Shown here one piece after another: positions 45,732 to 56,773 of a stretch of DNA of 64,000 nucleotides. The position numbers and the translations under genes were made by a program. Source of the stretch: Candidatus Multivoradales bacterium (lineage in GTDB: Bacteria > Acidobacteriota > Thermoanaerobaculia > Multivoradales > JAHEKO01); the NCBI GenBank assembly GCA_965223855.1, contig CBDCXM010000008.1, forward strand, positions 384,001 to 448,000, read 5' to 3'. How positions within the stretch are numbered: position 1 is the first letter of the stretch; each line of letters begins with the position of its first letter. Under the pieces are notes generated by a model. That model searched no databases, was not told the origin of the DNA, and saw only the letters and a program-made list of their open reading frames with translations.

Positions 45732-47039
45732 CTACCACTTCTTCTCCGCGCGGTTGCGGATCGCCACCGCGGTCGCATTCATCAGCACCAGAAAGCCGAG
45801 CAGGACGAGGATCGCAGCGGACGTCTTCGCAACGAACGCCCGCTCCGGGCTGTCCGCCCAGAGGTACACCTGCACCGGCAGTACCGTGGACGGGTCGGTC
45901 ACCCCCTGCGGGATGTCGACGATGAAGGCGACCATGCCGATCATCAGCAGCGGCGCCGTCTCGCCGAGAGCGCGGGCCATGCCGAGAATCGTGCCGGTGA
46001 GAACCCCCGGCAGCGCCAGCGGCAGGACGTGGTGCGCGATCACCTGCATCGGCGACGCCCCGAGCCCGTACGCCGCCTCGCGAATCGACGGCGGGACGGT
46101 CTGGAGCGCCACCCGGCTGGCGATGATGATCGTCGGTAGCGTCATCAGGCTCAGCACCAGGCCGCCGACGAGCGGCGCCGAGCGCGGTAGATGAAAGAAA
46201 TTCAGGAACACCGCCAGGCCGAGCAGCCCGAAGACGATCGACGGCACCGCCGCCAGGTTGTTGATGTTGATCTCGATCAGGTCGGTCCAGCGGTTCTTGG
46301 GGGCGAACTCCTCGAGATAGACCGCCGCGGCGACACCGAGGGGGAACGAAAGCAGGAGGGTCACCACCATGGTGTAGAACGATCCCTTGAGCGCCGCCCA
46401 GATGCCGGCGAGCTCGGGTTCGCGTGAGTCGCCCGAGGTGAAGAACGTGGTGTTGAAAGAGCTGCGCACCATGCCCCGCTCCTCGAGGGCGTCGAACCAG
46501 CCGATCTGGGCATCGCTGACGCGGCGCTCGGTCTCCGGCACGTCGCGCGGGATGTCACCCTTGGCCAGCAGGTCGAGGTCGTCGGATGCCGGCACCCAGA
46601 AGGTGCGCTCGAGACCGATCGAGCCCGGGTTGGCGACCACCTCGTCCTGGATCTGGTAGGCGGCGCCGTTGCTGACCAGCCCGGCGAGCTCGCGGCGCTC
46701 CCCGCGCATCATGACGTCGGGGAACTGCTCGCGAAGCGCTTCTCTTACAAGGGCTGCGTAGTTCGCCGTCGCCAGAACCCGAGGATCACGGTTCCCCTCG
46801 GGGTCGATCACCGCCGGGTCGAGCGTTACGTCGAGCCGTACCTCGGTCTGGGTGAAGGCGCCGGAGGCGCGACTGACGATCGTGAAACCGAGGAAGACGA
46901 GGAACGACACGGCGAGCCAGAGCGCGCTTGCGCAGAGGAAGCGGAATCGCCGCTCGCGCGCATAGCGCTTCGACAGCCGGGCGCGCACCGCCTCCGTCGT
47001 CAGGGCGCCACCGGCTGTGGCGGTCACTGCGTTACTCAT
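45732..47039 (-). CDS. pstA: Phosphate ABC transporter permease
   Basis: [37 protein letters not shown]. Confidence 0.95.
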   Translation of the reverse strand: MSNAVTATAGGALTTEAVRARLSKRYARERRFRFLCASALWLAVSFLVFLGFTIVSRASGAFTQTEVRLDVTLDPAVIDPEGNRDPRVLATANYAALVREALREQFPDVMMRGERRELAGLVSNGAAYQIQDEVVANPGSIGLERTFWVPASDDLDLLAKGDIPRDVPETERRVSDAQIGWFDALEERGMVRSSFNTTFFTSGDSREPELAGIWAALKGSFYTMVVTLLLSFPLGVAAAVYLEEFAPKNRWTDLIEININNLAAVPSIVFGLLGLAVFLNFFHLPRSAPLVGGLVLSLMTLPTIIIASRVALQTVPPSIREAAYGLGASPMQVIAHHVLPLALPGVLTGTILGMARALGETAPLLMIGMVAFIVDIPQGVTDPSTVLPVQVYLWADSPERAFVAKTSAAILVLLGFLVLMNATAVAIRNRAEKKW

Positions 47040-48411
47040 ATTGCTCCCGGTAGCGCCGCACGACGTAGAGCGCGACGACGTTGAGGGCGAGGGTGACGAT
47101 GAAGAGCACCAGCCCGAGGGCGAACGCGGCGAGCGTCTTGGCGCTGTCGAACTCCTGGTCGCCGACCAGCAGAGTCACGATCTGCACCGTGACGGTGGTG
47201 ACGGCGGCCAGCGGGTTGGCGGTCAGGTTGGCGCCGAGGCCGGCGGCCATGACGACGATCATCGTCTCACCGATCGCCCGCGAAACCGCCAGCAGCACGC
47301 CGCCGACGATGCCGGGCAGCGCCGCCGGCACGACGACCCTGCGGATCGTCTCCGACTGCGTGGCGCCGAGCCCGTAGGAGGCCTCTCTGAGCCCCTGCGG
47401 CACGGCGCTGATGACGTCGTCCGAGAGCGACGACACGAAGGGGATGATCATCACCCCCATTACCGCTCCGGCGGCCAGAGCGCTCTCGGAGGCGACATCG
47501 AGCCCGAGCGACTCCCCCCAGCCGCGAATCACCGGAGCGACGGTCAGGGCGGCGAAGAAGCCGTAGACCACAGTCGGGATGCCGGCGAGGATCTCGAGCA
47601 GCGGCTTCGCCGCCTTGCGAAAGCGCGCCGAGGCGTACTCAGACATGTAGATCGCCGCGAGCAGGCCGATCGGCACCGCCACCACCATGGCGATGAAGCT
47701 GATGAGGAAGGTGCCGGCAAAGAGCGGCACCGCGCCGAAAGCGCCGGAGCTGCCGACCTGGTCGGCTCGCAGCGCCGTCTGCGGGCTCCACTCGAGCCCG
47801 AACAAGAACTCCTTCCACGACACGAGCTGGAAGAAGCGCAAGGACTCGAACAGCAGGGAGAGGACGATGCCGACAGTCGTCAGGATCGCGATCAGCGAGC
47901 CGATCATGAGGATGGTCCGCGCCACCCGCTCCACACGTTGCATCGCCGCCATCTCGCGCTTGACGCCTCGCAGCGCAAAGGCGAGACCGAGGAGGGCAAA
48001 CGCTCCAATCAGTGCCGCCCGGGCGATCGAGCCGAGGCGGTCGAAACGCCGGAAGTTCTCGGCCGCCTGCGTCAGCGCCGCATCCGCCTCACGGCTCGCG
48101 GCGTCGCCGCGGGCGAGATTGCGGGCGTCGTTGAGGTAGAGGCCGAGGCGATCGTCGGGCAGTTGCTGAACCTCGGCCGGCAGTCCGGCGACGACCGCAT
48201 TCCGAACGATCTGCGGCTGCAGCGCCGTCCACAGCGCGAGGATGATCACGCAGGGGAGCAGGACCCACAGCGCCACGTAGGAGCCGTAGTAGCCCGGCAG
48301 CGACGTCAGTTCCTTCGGATGGCCGACCAGGCCCAGCGCCTTGCGGCGCCCGAACTGATAGCCGAGTGCCGTCAGAACGAGCAGCCCGGCCAGTAGCCAA
48401 AGTGTTCCCAT
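47032..48411 (-). CDS. pstC: Phosphate ABC transporter permease
   Basis: WSPQTALRADQVGSSGAFG, LEILAGIPTVVYG, SRAIGETMIV. Confidence 0.95.
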   Translation of the reverse strand: MGTLWLLAGLLVLTALGYQFGRRKALGLVGHPKELTSLPGYYGSYVALWVLLPCVIILALWTALQPQIVRNAVVAGLPAEVQQLPDDRLGLYLNDARNLARGDAASREADAALTQAAENFRRFDRLGSIARAALIGAFALLGLAFALRGVKREMAAMQRVERVARTILMIGSLIAILTTVGIVLSLLFESLRFFQLVSWKEFLFGLEWSPQTALRADQVGSSGAFGAVPLFAGTFLISFIAMVVAVPIGLLAAIYMSEYASARFRKAAKPLLEILAGIPTVVYGFFAALTVAPVIRGWGESLGLDVASESALAAGAVMGVMIIPFVSSLSDDVISAVPQGLREASYGLGATQSETIRRVVVPAALPGIVGGVLLAVSRAIGETMIVVMAAGLGANLTANPLAAVTTVTVQIVTLLVGDQEFDSAKTLAAFALGLVLFIVTLALNVVALYVVRRYREQYE

Positions 48412-48429
48412 CGAGATCTCCGAGACTAC

Positions 48430-48471
48430 AAGAAAGAAATGGGCCGCCGGGTCCGAGTTACCCGGCGGCCC
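48430..48471 (-). terminator. Hairpin between pstS and pstC
   Basis: 12-bp stem GGGCCGCCGGGT/ACCCGGCGGCCC with a TTTCTTTCTT tail on the minus strand. Confidence 0.8.
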
Positions 48472-48477
48472 GATGCC

Positions 48478-49509
48478 TTACTTGACGTTGCCGGCCAGAG
48501 AGCGGGCGTCGGTCGTGACCGTGCTGCGCTCATCGGTGGGCAAAGGGATCAAGCCGGCATCGGCGAGATAACCGTCCTCGCCCCAAGCTCTGTCCGAAGT
48601 GAACTCGTTGATGTACTCGGCGATGCCGGGAATCACGCCGACATGGGCTCCCTTCACGTAGAAGAAGAGCGGGCGGGAGACCGGGTAGTCGCCGGAGGCG
48701 ATGTTGTCGAAGGTCGGCTCGACGCCGTCGACCAAGGAGCCCTGGACCTTGTCCGAGTTCTGGTCGAGGAAGCTGAAGCCGAAGACGCCGAAGGCGCTCG
48801 GGTTGGCCTCGAGCTTCTGCACGATGAGGTTGTCGTTCTCACCCGCCTCGACGTAGGCGCCGTCTTCGCGGATCGAGTGGCAGATCGCCTTGTAGCGGTC
48901 CTTGTCCGAGTTCTTGAGCTCGGCGACCCACTCGATCTTCTTGCAGCCGCCCTCGAGGGCGAGCTCGGCGAACGCGTCGCGGGTTCCGGAGGTCGGCGGC
49001 GGGCCGAGCACCTCGATCTTGACCGCGGGAAGCGAAGCATCGACGTCCTTCCAGGTCTTGTAGGGGTTCGGCCTCAGCTTGCCGTCCTCGCCCGGGACGT
49101 CCTTGGCGAGCGCGAGGAAGATCTGCTTGCGGGTCAGGGTCGCCTGGTCGGCGGAGCGTGAGTTGGCGAGCACGATGCCGTCGTAGCCGATCTTCACCTC
49201 GGTGATGTTCGTGACGCCGTTGCCCTGGCACAGCTCGACCTCGGAGTCCTTGATCGCGCGCGAGGCGTTTGTGATGTCCGGATGCTCGACGCCGACACCG
49301 GCGCAGAAGAGCTTCAGGCCCCCGCCGGAGCCGGTCGACTCGATGACGGGAGTCTTGAACGAGGTCGAGCGACCGAACTGCTCTGCGACCTTGGTCGCGA
49401 ACGGGTAGACCGTCGATGAGCCGACGATGCGAATCTGATCGCGCTGCGCCTGGGCGGCGCCGGCGATCGCGACGAGAGCGGTCAGGGTGAGAAGAGTGAT
49501 CTTCTTCAT
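48478..49509 (-). CDS. pstS: Phosphate-binding periplasmic protein
   Basis: RDQIRIVGSSTVYPF, ESTGSGGG, SGTRDAF, YPVSRPLFFY. Confidence 0.95.
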   Translation of the reverse strand: MKKITLLTLTALVAIAGAAQAQRDQIRIVGSSTVYPFATKVAEQFGRSTSFKTPVIESTGSGGGLKLFCAGVGVEHPDITNASRAIKDSEVELCQGNGVTNITEVKIGYDGIVLANSRSADQATLTRKQIFLALAKDVPGEDGKLRPNPYKTWKDVDASLPAVKIEVLGPPPTSGTRDAFAELALEGGCKKIEWVAELKNSDKDRYKAICHSIREDGAYVEAGENDNLIVQKLEANPSAFGVFGFSFLDQNSDKVQGSLVDGVEPTFDNIASGDYPVSRPLFFYVKGAHVGVIPGIAEYINEFTSDRAWGEDGYLADAGLIPLPTDERSTVTTDARSLAGNVK

Positions 49510-49607
49510 GGTGGGAAATTCCTTCTCCTGTGAACCGATGGACTGTGGGGGATTGGGGTGGACGTCGAGCGTCCATCGGTAAGCTACAAATCGGCTGAGT
49601 CGCAACC

Positions 49608-49637
49608 GCTACGGCGGTGTTACGGCAGGGTGACAAG
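49608..49637 (-). promoter_or_regulatory. Pho box upstream of pstS
   Basis: Minus strand GTCAC-N6-GTAAC-N6-GTAGC (11-bp period); -10-like TAGCTT at 49581-49586. Confidence 0.75.
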
Positions 49638-49717
49638 CCCCTCCGGGAAAGCCGGCAGGCCGGGGTCGCAGATCGGCGCTGAGACGGTACCCGCCAGCCG
49701 TCGGGCTGTCGGACAGG

Positions 49718-50422
49718 TCAGTGGACGGAGGTGTCCTGCGCCTCTTCCTGTTCCTGGGCCGCCGCCTCGGCCTTCGGATGACGAATGTCGCGCCCCTCGA
49801 CGTAGTAGATGACGTCCTCGGCGACGTTGGTCGCGTGATCGCCGATCCGCTCGACGTTCTTGGCGACCAGCAGCAGGTGAAGCGCCCGGCCGACCGTGTC
49901 CGGGGACTCGATCATGAAGGTCAGCAGCTCGCGGAAGAGCTGCTTGTAGAGCGAATCGATCCGGTCGTCCCGGTCGCAGACGTCGAGCGCGAGGTTGACG
50001 TCGCGGCGCACCAGCGAGTCGAGGCTGTCACGTACCATCTCGGCCGCGATACGTGCCATTGCCGGAAGGTCGATGTAGGGCTTGAGCGGCGGTTCGGCGT
50101 TGATCTGCGCCGCGGACTTGGCGATGTTCACCGCCGAATCACCCATCCGTTCGAGATCGTTGGTGATCTTCATCACGGCGACGAGGAATCGCAGATCGAT
50201 CGCCGTCGGCTGCTGGGTCGCCAGCATCTGGTGACACTCCTCGTCGACCGTCTTCTCGAGTCGATCGACCTCGAGGTCCTGCTGGATGACCGCTTCGGCC
50301 AGCTCATCGTCGCGCTCGACGAGCGAGCGCATGCTGTCGTCGATCATCTTCTCGACTTCGGCGCCCATCCGCAGCAGGTCCTGGCGGATCTTGTCGAGCC
50401 CCTGGTGTAGCGCGCGTTCCAT
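49718..50422 (-). CDS. phoU: Phosphate signalling protein
   Basis: QQPTAIDLR, DLERMGD, ERIGDHATNVAE, GRDIRH. Confidence 0.95.
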   Translation of the reverse strand: MERALHQGLDKIRQDLLRMGAEVEKMIDDSMRSLVERDDELAEAVIQQDLEVDRLEKTVDEECHQMLATQQPTAIDLRFLVAVMKITNDLERMGDSAVNIAKSAAQINAEPPLKPYIDLPAMARIAAEMVRDSLDSLVRRDVNLALDVCDRDDRIDSLYKQLFRELLTFMIESPDTVGRALHLLLVAKNVERIGDHATNVAEDVIYYVEGRDIRHPKAEAAAQEQEEAQDTSVH

Positions 50423-50469
50423 GGTGGGAGGCCTCCTACCTCGATTGTGACATGTCGTGACGGAGCGCG

Positions 50470-50501
50470 AAGAAAGAGGGCGGCCGTCGCGGCCGCCCTC
50501 T
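50470..50501 (-). terminator. Hairpin after the porin gene
   Basis: AGAGGGCGGCCG-TCG-CGGCCGCCCTCT with TTCTT on the minus strand. Confidence 0.7.
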
Positions 50502-50543
50502 GTGAAAGCTCTCGCGGCCCGAGGGCCGCCGGGGCAGGGCGGG

Positions 50544-51737
50544 TCAGAAATCGACCTGCCAGCGCACCAGCACGAACTCCATGCTGCCGACACCCTTGAC
50601 GTCGGCGTCGACGAAGTTGAGCATGAACCGGGTCGCCGGGTTGAGATACCAGTTGAAACCGACCGTCGTGTTGTCTTGCTCGCCACCGCTCACGAGACCA
50701 TCGTTGAGATTGATGCTCGAGACGCGGAAGACGATCTCCATCGCGCCCTTGCCGTCCTTGCCGAAGGTGGTGCTCGGCTTCTGACGGTCGAAGGCGCCCG
50801 AGCTGGTCTTGAACCGGCGGTAGTCGTCGGTCAGATAGAAGCCCGCCTGGGCGTAGTAGCCGTCGAAGGAAGGATCGCCGAAGTCTCGGGAGTCGACATC
50901 CATCTCCATCGTCTCGGCGGCGAACCAGAAACGATTGAAGACACCGGCGACCTCGAGGCCCAAGAGCGTGGCGCTGTCGGCGGCGAAGTTGTCGGTGTTG
51001 ACGAAGCGGGTCGTCAGGTGAGCCTCTGGACGGGTGCGGAAGCGAAAGGTCTCGCCGTTGCCCCGGTCCTTGGAGGAGAAGCCGATCCCGACGTGAATCA
51101 GGTTCTTGCCGTCGTCCTTGTAGATCGGGCGGAAAGCGACCCGACCGGTCAGGTTCGTGTTGTCGCCGTTGCCGCTGACACCGAAATCGTCGGCGTCGTA
51201 GAAGTAGCCGACGCCCCAGTTGACCCGGTCGCCGTTGTTTCCGTGGAAGCCGACGCCCGAGTTGCGACTGGGAGAGAAGGCACCGACCGGCAGCGAGCGC
51301 TCGAGGAAGGCGAGGTACTTGGAACTCGTCAGCTCCTCGAGTGAAAAGTACTCCTTGTAGTGGCCGAAGCGCAGCTCACCGGCACTGTTCTTGATGCCGA
51401 TCCAGACGTCCTTGAAGTCGGCGTCGCCGCCGGCGAAGTCGTACTGAGCCTTGAACTTGATCTTGTCGTAGATCGTGCCCTCGAAGAAAAGGCGGGCGCG
51501 GCGAAACTCGAAGCCGTCCTGCAGATCCTCTTCGTCGAAGACCGCGTCACCGCTGGCAAACTGGTAGTCGGCCATGATCCGGCCGCCGAACTTGAGGCTG
51601 TAGCCCTTTTCTTCGTCCTCGAGCTTGAAGCCGTTGCTCCACTTGAAGGTCGGCTCCGCGGACGCGGCCGGGGCGATCAGGGCCGCGACCGCGAGAAACG
51701 CGAGTGCCGCCGTGAAGACGCGAGATCGATGCAACAT
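50544..51737 (-). CDS. oprP: Phosphate-selective porin OprO/OprP family
   Basis: EFRRARL, SLEELTSSKYLAFLERS, RTRPE, GFNWYLN, C-terminal Phe. Confidence 0.9.
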   Translation of the reverse strand: MLHRSRVFTAALAFLAVAALIAPAASAEPTFKWSNGFKLEDEEKGYSLKFGGRIMADYQFASGDAVFDEEDLQDGFEFRRARLFFEGTIYDKIKFKAQYDFAGGDADFKDVWIGIKNSAGELRFGHYKEYFSLEELTSSKYLAFLERSLPVGAFSPSRNSGVGFHGNNGDRVNWGVGYFYDADDFGVSGNGDNTNLTGRVAFRPIYKDDGKNLIHVGIGFSSKDRGNGETFRFRTRPEAHLTTRFVNTDNFAADSATLLGLEVAGVFNRFWFAAETMEMDVDSRDFGDPSFDGYYAQAGFYLTDDYRRFKTSSGAFDRQKPSTTFGKDGKGAMEIVFRVSSINLNDGLVSGGEQDNTTVGFNWYLNPATRFMLNFVDADVKGVGSMEFVLVRWQVDF

Positions 51738-51917
51738 GGTGAACTCTCCTTGGAACTGGGGGTCTGCCGGGACTGCTTCTTCCTGATGGGGCCTTCTGGT
51801 GTGGCCTTGCGGAGTCAGCCTTCGAGGACAGGACCGATTGGAGTCAAGGGTGTGCGGCGACGAGCCGCGAGGTGAGGGCCCAGAGTAGGGACGCCCCTTC
51901 GCAGCGATGCGGCGGAG

Positions 51918-51938
51918 TTGTTACAGCCGTGCTACAGC
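51918..51938 (-). promoter_or_regulatory. Pho-box-like repeat upstream of the porin
   Basis: Minus strand CTGTAGC-N4-CTGTAAC (11-bp period). Confidence 0.6.
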
Positions 51939-51951
51939 CGGCCGAGCGAGG

Positions 51952-53574
51952 TCAGGGCCGATCGCCGAGATCGAGCACGACGCCGTCGATCGTCTCGCCG
52001 GCGACGGCGCCGACCTTCCACGCGAGCGTCGGCGCGAGATCGACCGTCCTCACCGAGTCGCCGCGCGGCCCTGCCGCGACGCCGGGAGCGAGCAGCATCA
52101 GCGGCACGTGGGTGTCGTATCGCCACGCCGTTCCGTGGCTGGTCGCGACCCAGAGGCTGGAGAGGAAGTACTCGTCGCGCTCGACCATCAGGTCGGGGCT
52201 GCGCTCCGGGTGGAACGAGTTGCGATAGAGCCGCCCCTTCGGATCGCTGTCGACTGCGTCACCCTGAGCCTCGCTCCCCATGAGCTCGGATCGGGTCCAC
52301 ACCTGGCGGACCCCGGGACAGGCAGTGATGAGAGCGTCGGCTGCCGCCTCGACCTCGGCCGCCCTACCCGCCTCGTGTGCCTCGGCCGACACGAACGGTC
52401 CCGGGGAGAGCCAGCGGCCGACTCCGAAGCGCCCCTCCAGCCGGGCGTGGACCCCCTGCATACACAGGACGTCGGCGTCATCGGCTCGCTTGCCCGGCTC
52501 GCCGCGCTGCGCCCGCAACTCGGGAAGCGGCGCGGCACCGTGATCGGCGCTCAGAGCGAGGACGACGTGCTCGAGGCCGATACGGCGGTCGAGCGTCTCG
52601 AGGAAGGCTCCGAAGGTGCGATCGAGCCTTCTCAGAGCGTCGAGATACTGCGGTGAGTCGGGCCCGAAGCGGTGGCCGACGTAGTCGGGCCCCGAGAAGC
52701 TGATCGCCAGCAGGTCGGGCACCGGGTCGCCTCCCAGCGCCTCGGCTCCGAGGACGGTCAGGGCGAGTCGCGCCGTCTGCTCGTCGACGAACGGCGAGTA
52801 GCGGATTTCGCTGTAGAAGCTCTCTCCGGGCACCGGCGTCAGGGCGCCGAAGGTGATCGGAAAATCGGGCTCGAACGGCCCCAGCTCGAACGGCTCGACG
52901 CCGAGCTCCGCCAGCGCACCGTCCGGCACCGGCAACGGTTCCCAGGCGGTGCCGAAATGGGTGTCGAGCGCCCGTTCGTCGTTGAAGGCCTCGAGCCACT
53001 CCGGGTCTTCGTCGAGGTAGTAGCTCGAGCTCTCGAACTCCCCGTCGTCGTCGTCGTAGAAGAGCGCCGCGTCGGCGCCGAAGCCGCCGAGCGCCACCGC
53101 GCTGCGATCCTTGGTCGAGACCGAGTAGACCTTCGACGTCGGGTAGCGCCGCTTCATCCAGTCACCGAGCGACTCGCACAGGAGCCGCTCGGGAGACTCG
53201 ATGTCGTCGTCGTTCTCGGCCGAATAGACCTCGTCTCCCGATTCTCGATCGATCCAGGTGTTGGCGACCATCCCGTGATTGCGGGGCAGGCAACCGGTGG
53301 CGAGAGAGGCATGCCCCGGCGCGGTGTGGGTGATCGCGTGATCGTGCCGCGCATCGACCCAGTAGGCGCCATGGTCGAAGAGGTGACGGAAGCCGCCCTC
53401 CCAGAAGCGGTCGAAGCGCTGCAGGGTCTCTCCGCCGACCTGATCGAGCACCACGAGCACGACCAGGCGGGGCGTACCGGGCTCCGGCGGCGCGGCCGGC
53501 TCGTCGGCGCAGCCGACCAGGGCCAGCAACGTCACCGGCAGGAGAAGGAGGCGCGACAGTCTCTCGGGAAGCAT
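51952..53574 (-). CDS. Alkaline phosphatase superfamily lipoprotein (PafA/PhoK-like)
   Basis: Lipobox LVGC, LVVLVVLDQ, Thr nucleophile THTAPGHA, KDRSA, DYVGHRFGP, SADHG, TSHG..YDTHVP. Confidence 0.88.
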   Translation of the reverse strand: MLPERLSRLLLLPVTLLALVGCADEPAAPPEPGTPRLVVLVVLDQVGGETLQRFDRFWEGGFRHLFDHGAYWVDARHDHAITHTAPGHASLATGCLPRNHGMVANTWIDRESGDEVYSAENDDDIESPERLLCESLGDWMKRRYPTSKVYSVSTKDRSAVALGGFGADAALFYDDDDGEFESSSYYLDEDPEWLEAFNDERALDTHFGTAWEPLPVPDGALAELGVEPFELGPFEPDFPITFGALTPVPGESFYSEIRYSPFVDEQTARLALTVLGAEALGGDPVPDLLAISFSGPDYVGHRFGPDSPQYLDALRRLDRTFGAFLETLDRRIGLEHVVLALSADHGAAPLPELRAQRGEPGKRADDADVLCMQGVHARLEGRFGVGRWLSPGPFVSAEAHEAGRAAEVEAAADALITACPGVRQVWTRSELMGSEAQGDAVDSDPKGRLYRNSFHPERSPDLMVERDEYFLSSLWVATSHGTAWRYDTHVPLMLLAPGVAAGPRGDSVRTVDLAPTLAWKVGAVAGETIDGVVLDLGDRP

Positions 53575-53644
53575 GAGCGGTGAGTATAGGGCGATCCACA
53601 CCGAGGCGGCCTTACAATGCCGGAACCCGACCGAAGGAGATCCC

Positions 53645-56600
53645 GTGACGTTGCGACGCGCCGCTTCCCTGCCGCTGGCCCTGCTGTACCTGCTGCCTTT
53701 CCCAGGCTCGCTGTCCGCCGATGAGGAAGCGCCTCCCGAGCTGAAGCTCGAGTGGCGCTCGATCGGCCCCTACCGGGGCGGGCGCGTCACTACCGTGGCC
53801 GGAGTGATCCAGCAACGCGAGACGTTCTACATGGGGGCCACCGGGGGCGGCGTGTGGAAGACCGAGGACGCCGGAGTCACCTGGACCAACGTCTCCGATG
53901 GCCACTTCGGTACCGGCTCGGTCGGCGCGGTCGCCGTCGCCCCCTCCGACCCCAACGTCGTCTACGTCGGCATGGGCGAGGCCCAGGTACGAGGTGTCGC
54001 CACCTCCCACGGCGACGGCGTCTACCGGTCGCGCGACGGCGGCGGTAGCTGGGAGCATCTCGGTCTCGAGGAGACCCGCCAGATCTCGGCGGTGCGAGTG
54101 CACCCGAGCGATCCGGAGACGGTCTACGTTGCCGCCCAGGGGTACACGGGGCGCGACAGCGCTGAACGCGGCATCTACCGCTCCCGAGACGGCGGCGACA
54201 CCTGGGAGCAGGTGCACTTCGTGTCCGAGCGGGCCGGAGCGAGTTCGCTCTCCATCGACCCCACCAACCCCCGGGTGCTCTACGCCGGCTACTGGGAGCA
54301 CCGGCGCCATCCGTGGAAGGTCGAAAGCGGTGGCCCGGGATCGGGGATCTTCAAGTCGAGCGACGGCGGCGACACCTGGCGCGAGCTCACCACCGGGCTG
54401 CCCGAGCTGATGGGAAAGGTCGGGGTCGACGTCTCCCCCGCCGACCCGCGCCGGGTCTGGGCGATCGTCGAGGCGGAGGAAGGGGGCCTCTTCCGCTCCG
54501 ACGACGGCGGCGAGAGCTGGAAGCGGGTCAACTCGGAGCGGGTGCTGCGTGCCCGTGCCTGGTACTACACCCGCGTCTTCGCCGATCCCATCGACGCCGA
54601 CACCGTCTACGTTCTCAACGCCCCGGTGATGAAGTCGGTCGACGGCGGGCGCACCTTCGAGCGCATCCGCGTCCCCCACGGCGACAACCACGCGCTGTGG
54701 ATCCACCCCCACGACAACACGCTGATGATCAACGGTAACGACGGCGGCGCCAACGTCTCGACCAACGGCGGGCGCACCTGGTCGACCCAGACCAACCAGC
54801 CGACGGCTCAGTTCTACCGGGTCAACACCGACCGGCAGTTCCCCTACCGCGTGTACGGCGGACAGCAGGACAATTCGAGCGTCTCGATCGCCAGCCGCAC
54901 CTTCCACGAGAGCGGTATCGGTCGCGACGACTGGTATCCGGCCGGCGGCTGCGAAACCGCCTACTCCGCCTTCGACCCGGACGATCCTCGCTACGTCTAT
55001 TCAGGCTGTTATCAGGGGTTAATCGGCGAGCTCGACGTCGAGACGGGCCATGAGCGCAGCGTCATGGCCCACGAATTCCTCGGCCTCGGCACCGACCCGG
55101 GCGAGCAGCCGTACCGCTTCAACTGGAACGCCCCGATCGTCGCTTCTCCCCACGATCCGACGACGATCTACCACGCCGCGAACAAGGTCCTCGTGACGCG
55201 CGATCGGGGCGTCACCTGGGAGGAGATCAGTCCCGACCTCACGCGCAACGACCCCGACCTCCACGGCCCCGGCGGCGGTCCGATCACCAACGAGGCGGCG
55301 GGCGGCGAGAACTACAACACCATCCTCTACCTCGCGGAATCGTCGCAGGAAGCGGGGACGATCTGGGTCGGCAGCGACGATGGGCGGGTGCACCTGACCC
55401 GCAACGGCGGTGCCGACTGGAGCGACGTCACGCCGCCCGGGCTCCCCGAGTCGATGATCAACGCCATCGACGTATCGCCACACGACCCCGGAGGAGCCTG
55501 GCTGGCGGTCACCCGTTACAAGTTCGGCGACTACGAGCCACGCATCTACCGCACCGATGACTACGGAGCGAGTTGGGTACGGCTCGACGAGGGCATCGAA
55601 GACGACGCCTGGGTGCGAGTCGTCCGTCAGGACCCCGAGCGGCGCGACCTGGTCTACGCCGGCACCGAGACCGGCTTCTACGTCTCCTTCGACCGGGGGG
55701 AGAGCTGGCGCCACCTTCAGGGCAACCTCCCGGTCGTGCCGATCACCGACCTCGATGTCGTCGGCAACGATCTCGTCGCCGCGACCCAGGGGCGGGCTTT
55801 CTGGATCCTCGACGACCTCGCCCCGCTGCGAGAGTGGCGCGAGTCGCTCCGGGACTCGCCGCTCCACCTCTTCCCGATCGAGACTGCGCTTCGGGTCGGC
55901 GGCGGCGAAGGAGGGGACGGGGTCGGCAAGAACCCGCCGCGGGGCGCTGCGATCCACTACTGGCTCGGCACCGACCTCGCGGAGGAGGAAGAGCTGCGCC
56001 TCGACGTCCTCGACAGCGCGGAGAGGGTCGTGCGCTCCTACTCGAGCCGGCCCGCGGAGTCGGGAGAAGGCGCGGATGAGGACGACTCCACGTCGAAGCC
56101 GTTGCCGTCGAAAGCCGGCCTGCAGCGCTTCGTCTGGAATCTCAGGGGCGAGCCGCTGCCGAAGATCGACAAGCTCCTCGCCTTCGGTGGCCTCGACTCC
56201 TACCGCCTCGGACCCGGCAGCTACACCGTCCGGCTGACCCGCGGGGAGACCTCGGCGACCGCCGAGCTGACGGTCGTACACGATCCGAGGACACCTCTCG
56301 AAGCCACCGACTTCGAGCCCCAACAGGCGCTCCTCGCCGAGATCGAAGGGGCGGCGCGCGAGCTTCTCGACTCGGTGCGGCGGGTTCGAAGCGTGAGAGA
56401 ACAGGTCGAGACGCTGCTCGAGCGCATCGAGCCGTACGACGCCGACGGCACCCTGAAGGAGGCAGCGGACACCTACCTCGAGGCTCTCGACCAATGGGAA
56501 GACCGGGCGGTGCAGAAGCGCCAGGAGACCTTCCAGGACGTCATCAACTTCCACAACCGGCTCAACGCACGGCTCGCCAGCCTGATGGGCACGGTGGACG

Positions 56601-56767
56601 AGTCCGGCCCTCCGGTGACGGCAGGCGCCCGGCGTGCCTGGAGCGAGCTCTCCGCTCAGGCCGAGGAGCTGTCCGTCGAGGTCGCCGAGCTGCTCGGTCC
56701 CCGCCTCGAGTCGTGGCTCGCCCTGCTCGAGGAGCGCGAGGTCCCGCTGCTGATCGTGCCGCGTTAG
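53645..56767 (+). CDS. VPS10/BNR(Asp-box)-repeat glycosyl-hydrolase-like secreted protein
   Basis: WRSIGPYRGGR, Asp-boxes, RARAWYY, HGDNHALW, QPTAQFY, ATQGRAFW; SD GAAGGAG. Confidence 0.88.
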   Translation: MTLRRAASLPLALLYLLPFPGSLSADEEAPPELKLEWRSIGPYRGGRVTTVAGVIQQRETFYMGATGGGVWKTEDAGVTWTNVSDGHFGTGSVGAVAVAPSDPNVVYVGMGEAQVRGVATSHGDGVYRSRDGGGSWEHLGLEETRQISAVRVHPSDPETVYVAAQGYTGRDSAERGIYRSRDGGDTWEQVHFVSERAGASSLSIDPTNPRVLYAGYWEHRRHPWKVESGGPGSGIFKSSDGGDTWRELTTGLPELMGKVGVDVSPADPRRVWAIVEAEEGGLFRSDDGGESWKRVNSERVLRARAWYYTRVFADPIDADTVYVLNAPVMKSVDGGRTFERIRVPHGDNHALWIHPHDNTLMINGNDGGANVSTNGGRTWSTQTNQPTAQFYRVNTDRQFPYRVYGGQQDNSSVSIASRTFHESGIGRDDWYPAGGCETAYSAFDPDDPRYVYSGCYQGLIGELDVETGHERSVMAHEFLGLGTDPGEQPYRFNWNAPIVASPHDPTTIYHAANKVLVTRDRGVTWEEISPDLTRNDPDLHGPGGGPITNEAAGGENYNTILYLAESSQEAGTIWVGSDDGRVHLTRNGGADWSDVTPPGLPESMINAIDVSPHDPGGAWLAVTRYKFGDYEPRIYRTDDYGASWVRLDEGIEDDAWVRVVRQDPERRDLVYAGTETGFYVSFDRGESWRHLQGNLPVVPITDLDVVGNDLVAATQGRAFWILDDLAPLREWRESLRDSPLHLFPIETALRVGGGEGGDGVGKNPPRGAAIHYWLGTDLAEEEELRLDVLDSAERVVRSYSSRPAESGEGADEDDSTSKPLPSKAGLQRFVWNLRGEPLPKIDKLLAFGGLDSYRLGPGSYTVRLTRGETSATAELTVVHDPRTPLEATDFEPQQALLAEIEGAARELLDSVRRVRSVREQVETLLERIEPYDADGTLKEAADTYLEALDQWEDRAVQKRQETFQDVINFHNRLNARLASLMGTVDESGPPVTAGARRAWSELSAQAEELSVEVAELLGPRLESWLALLEEREVPLLIVPR

Positions 56768-56773
56768 GCCGGC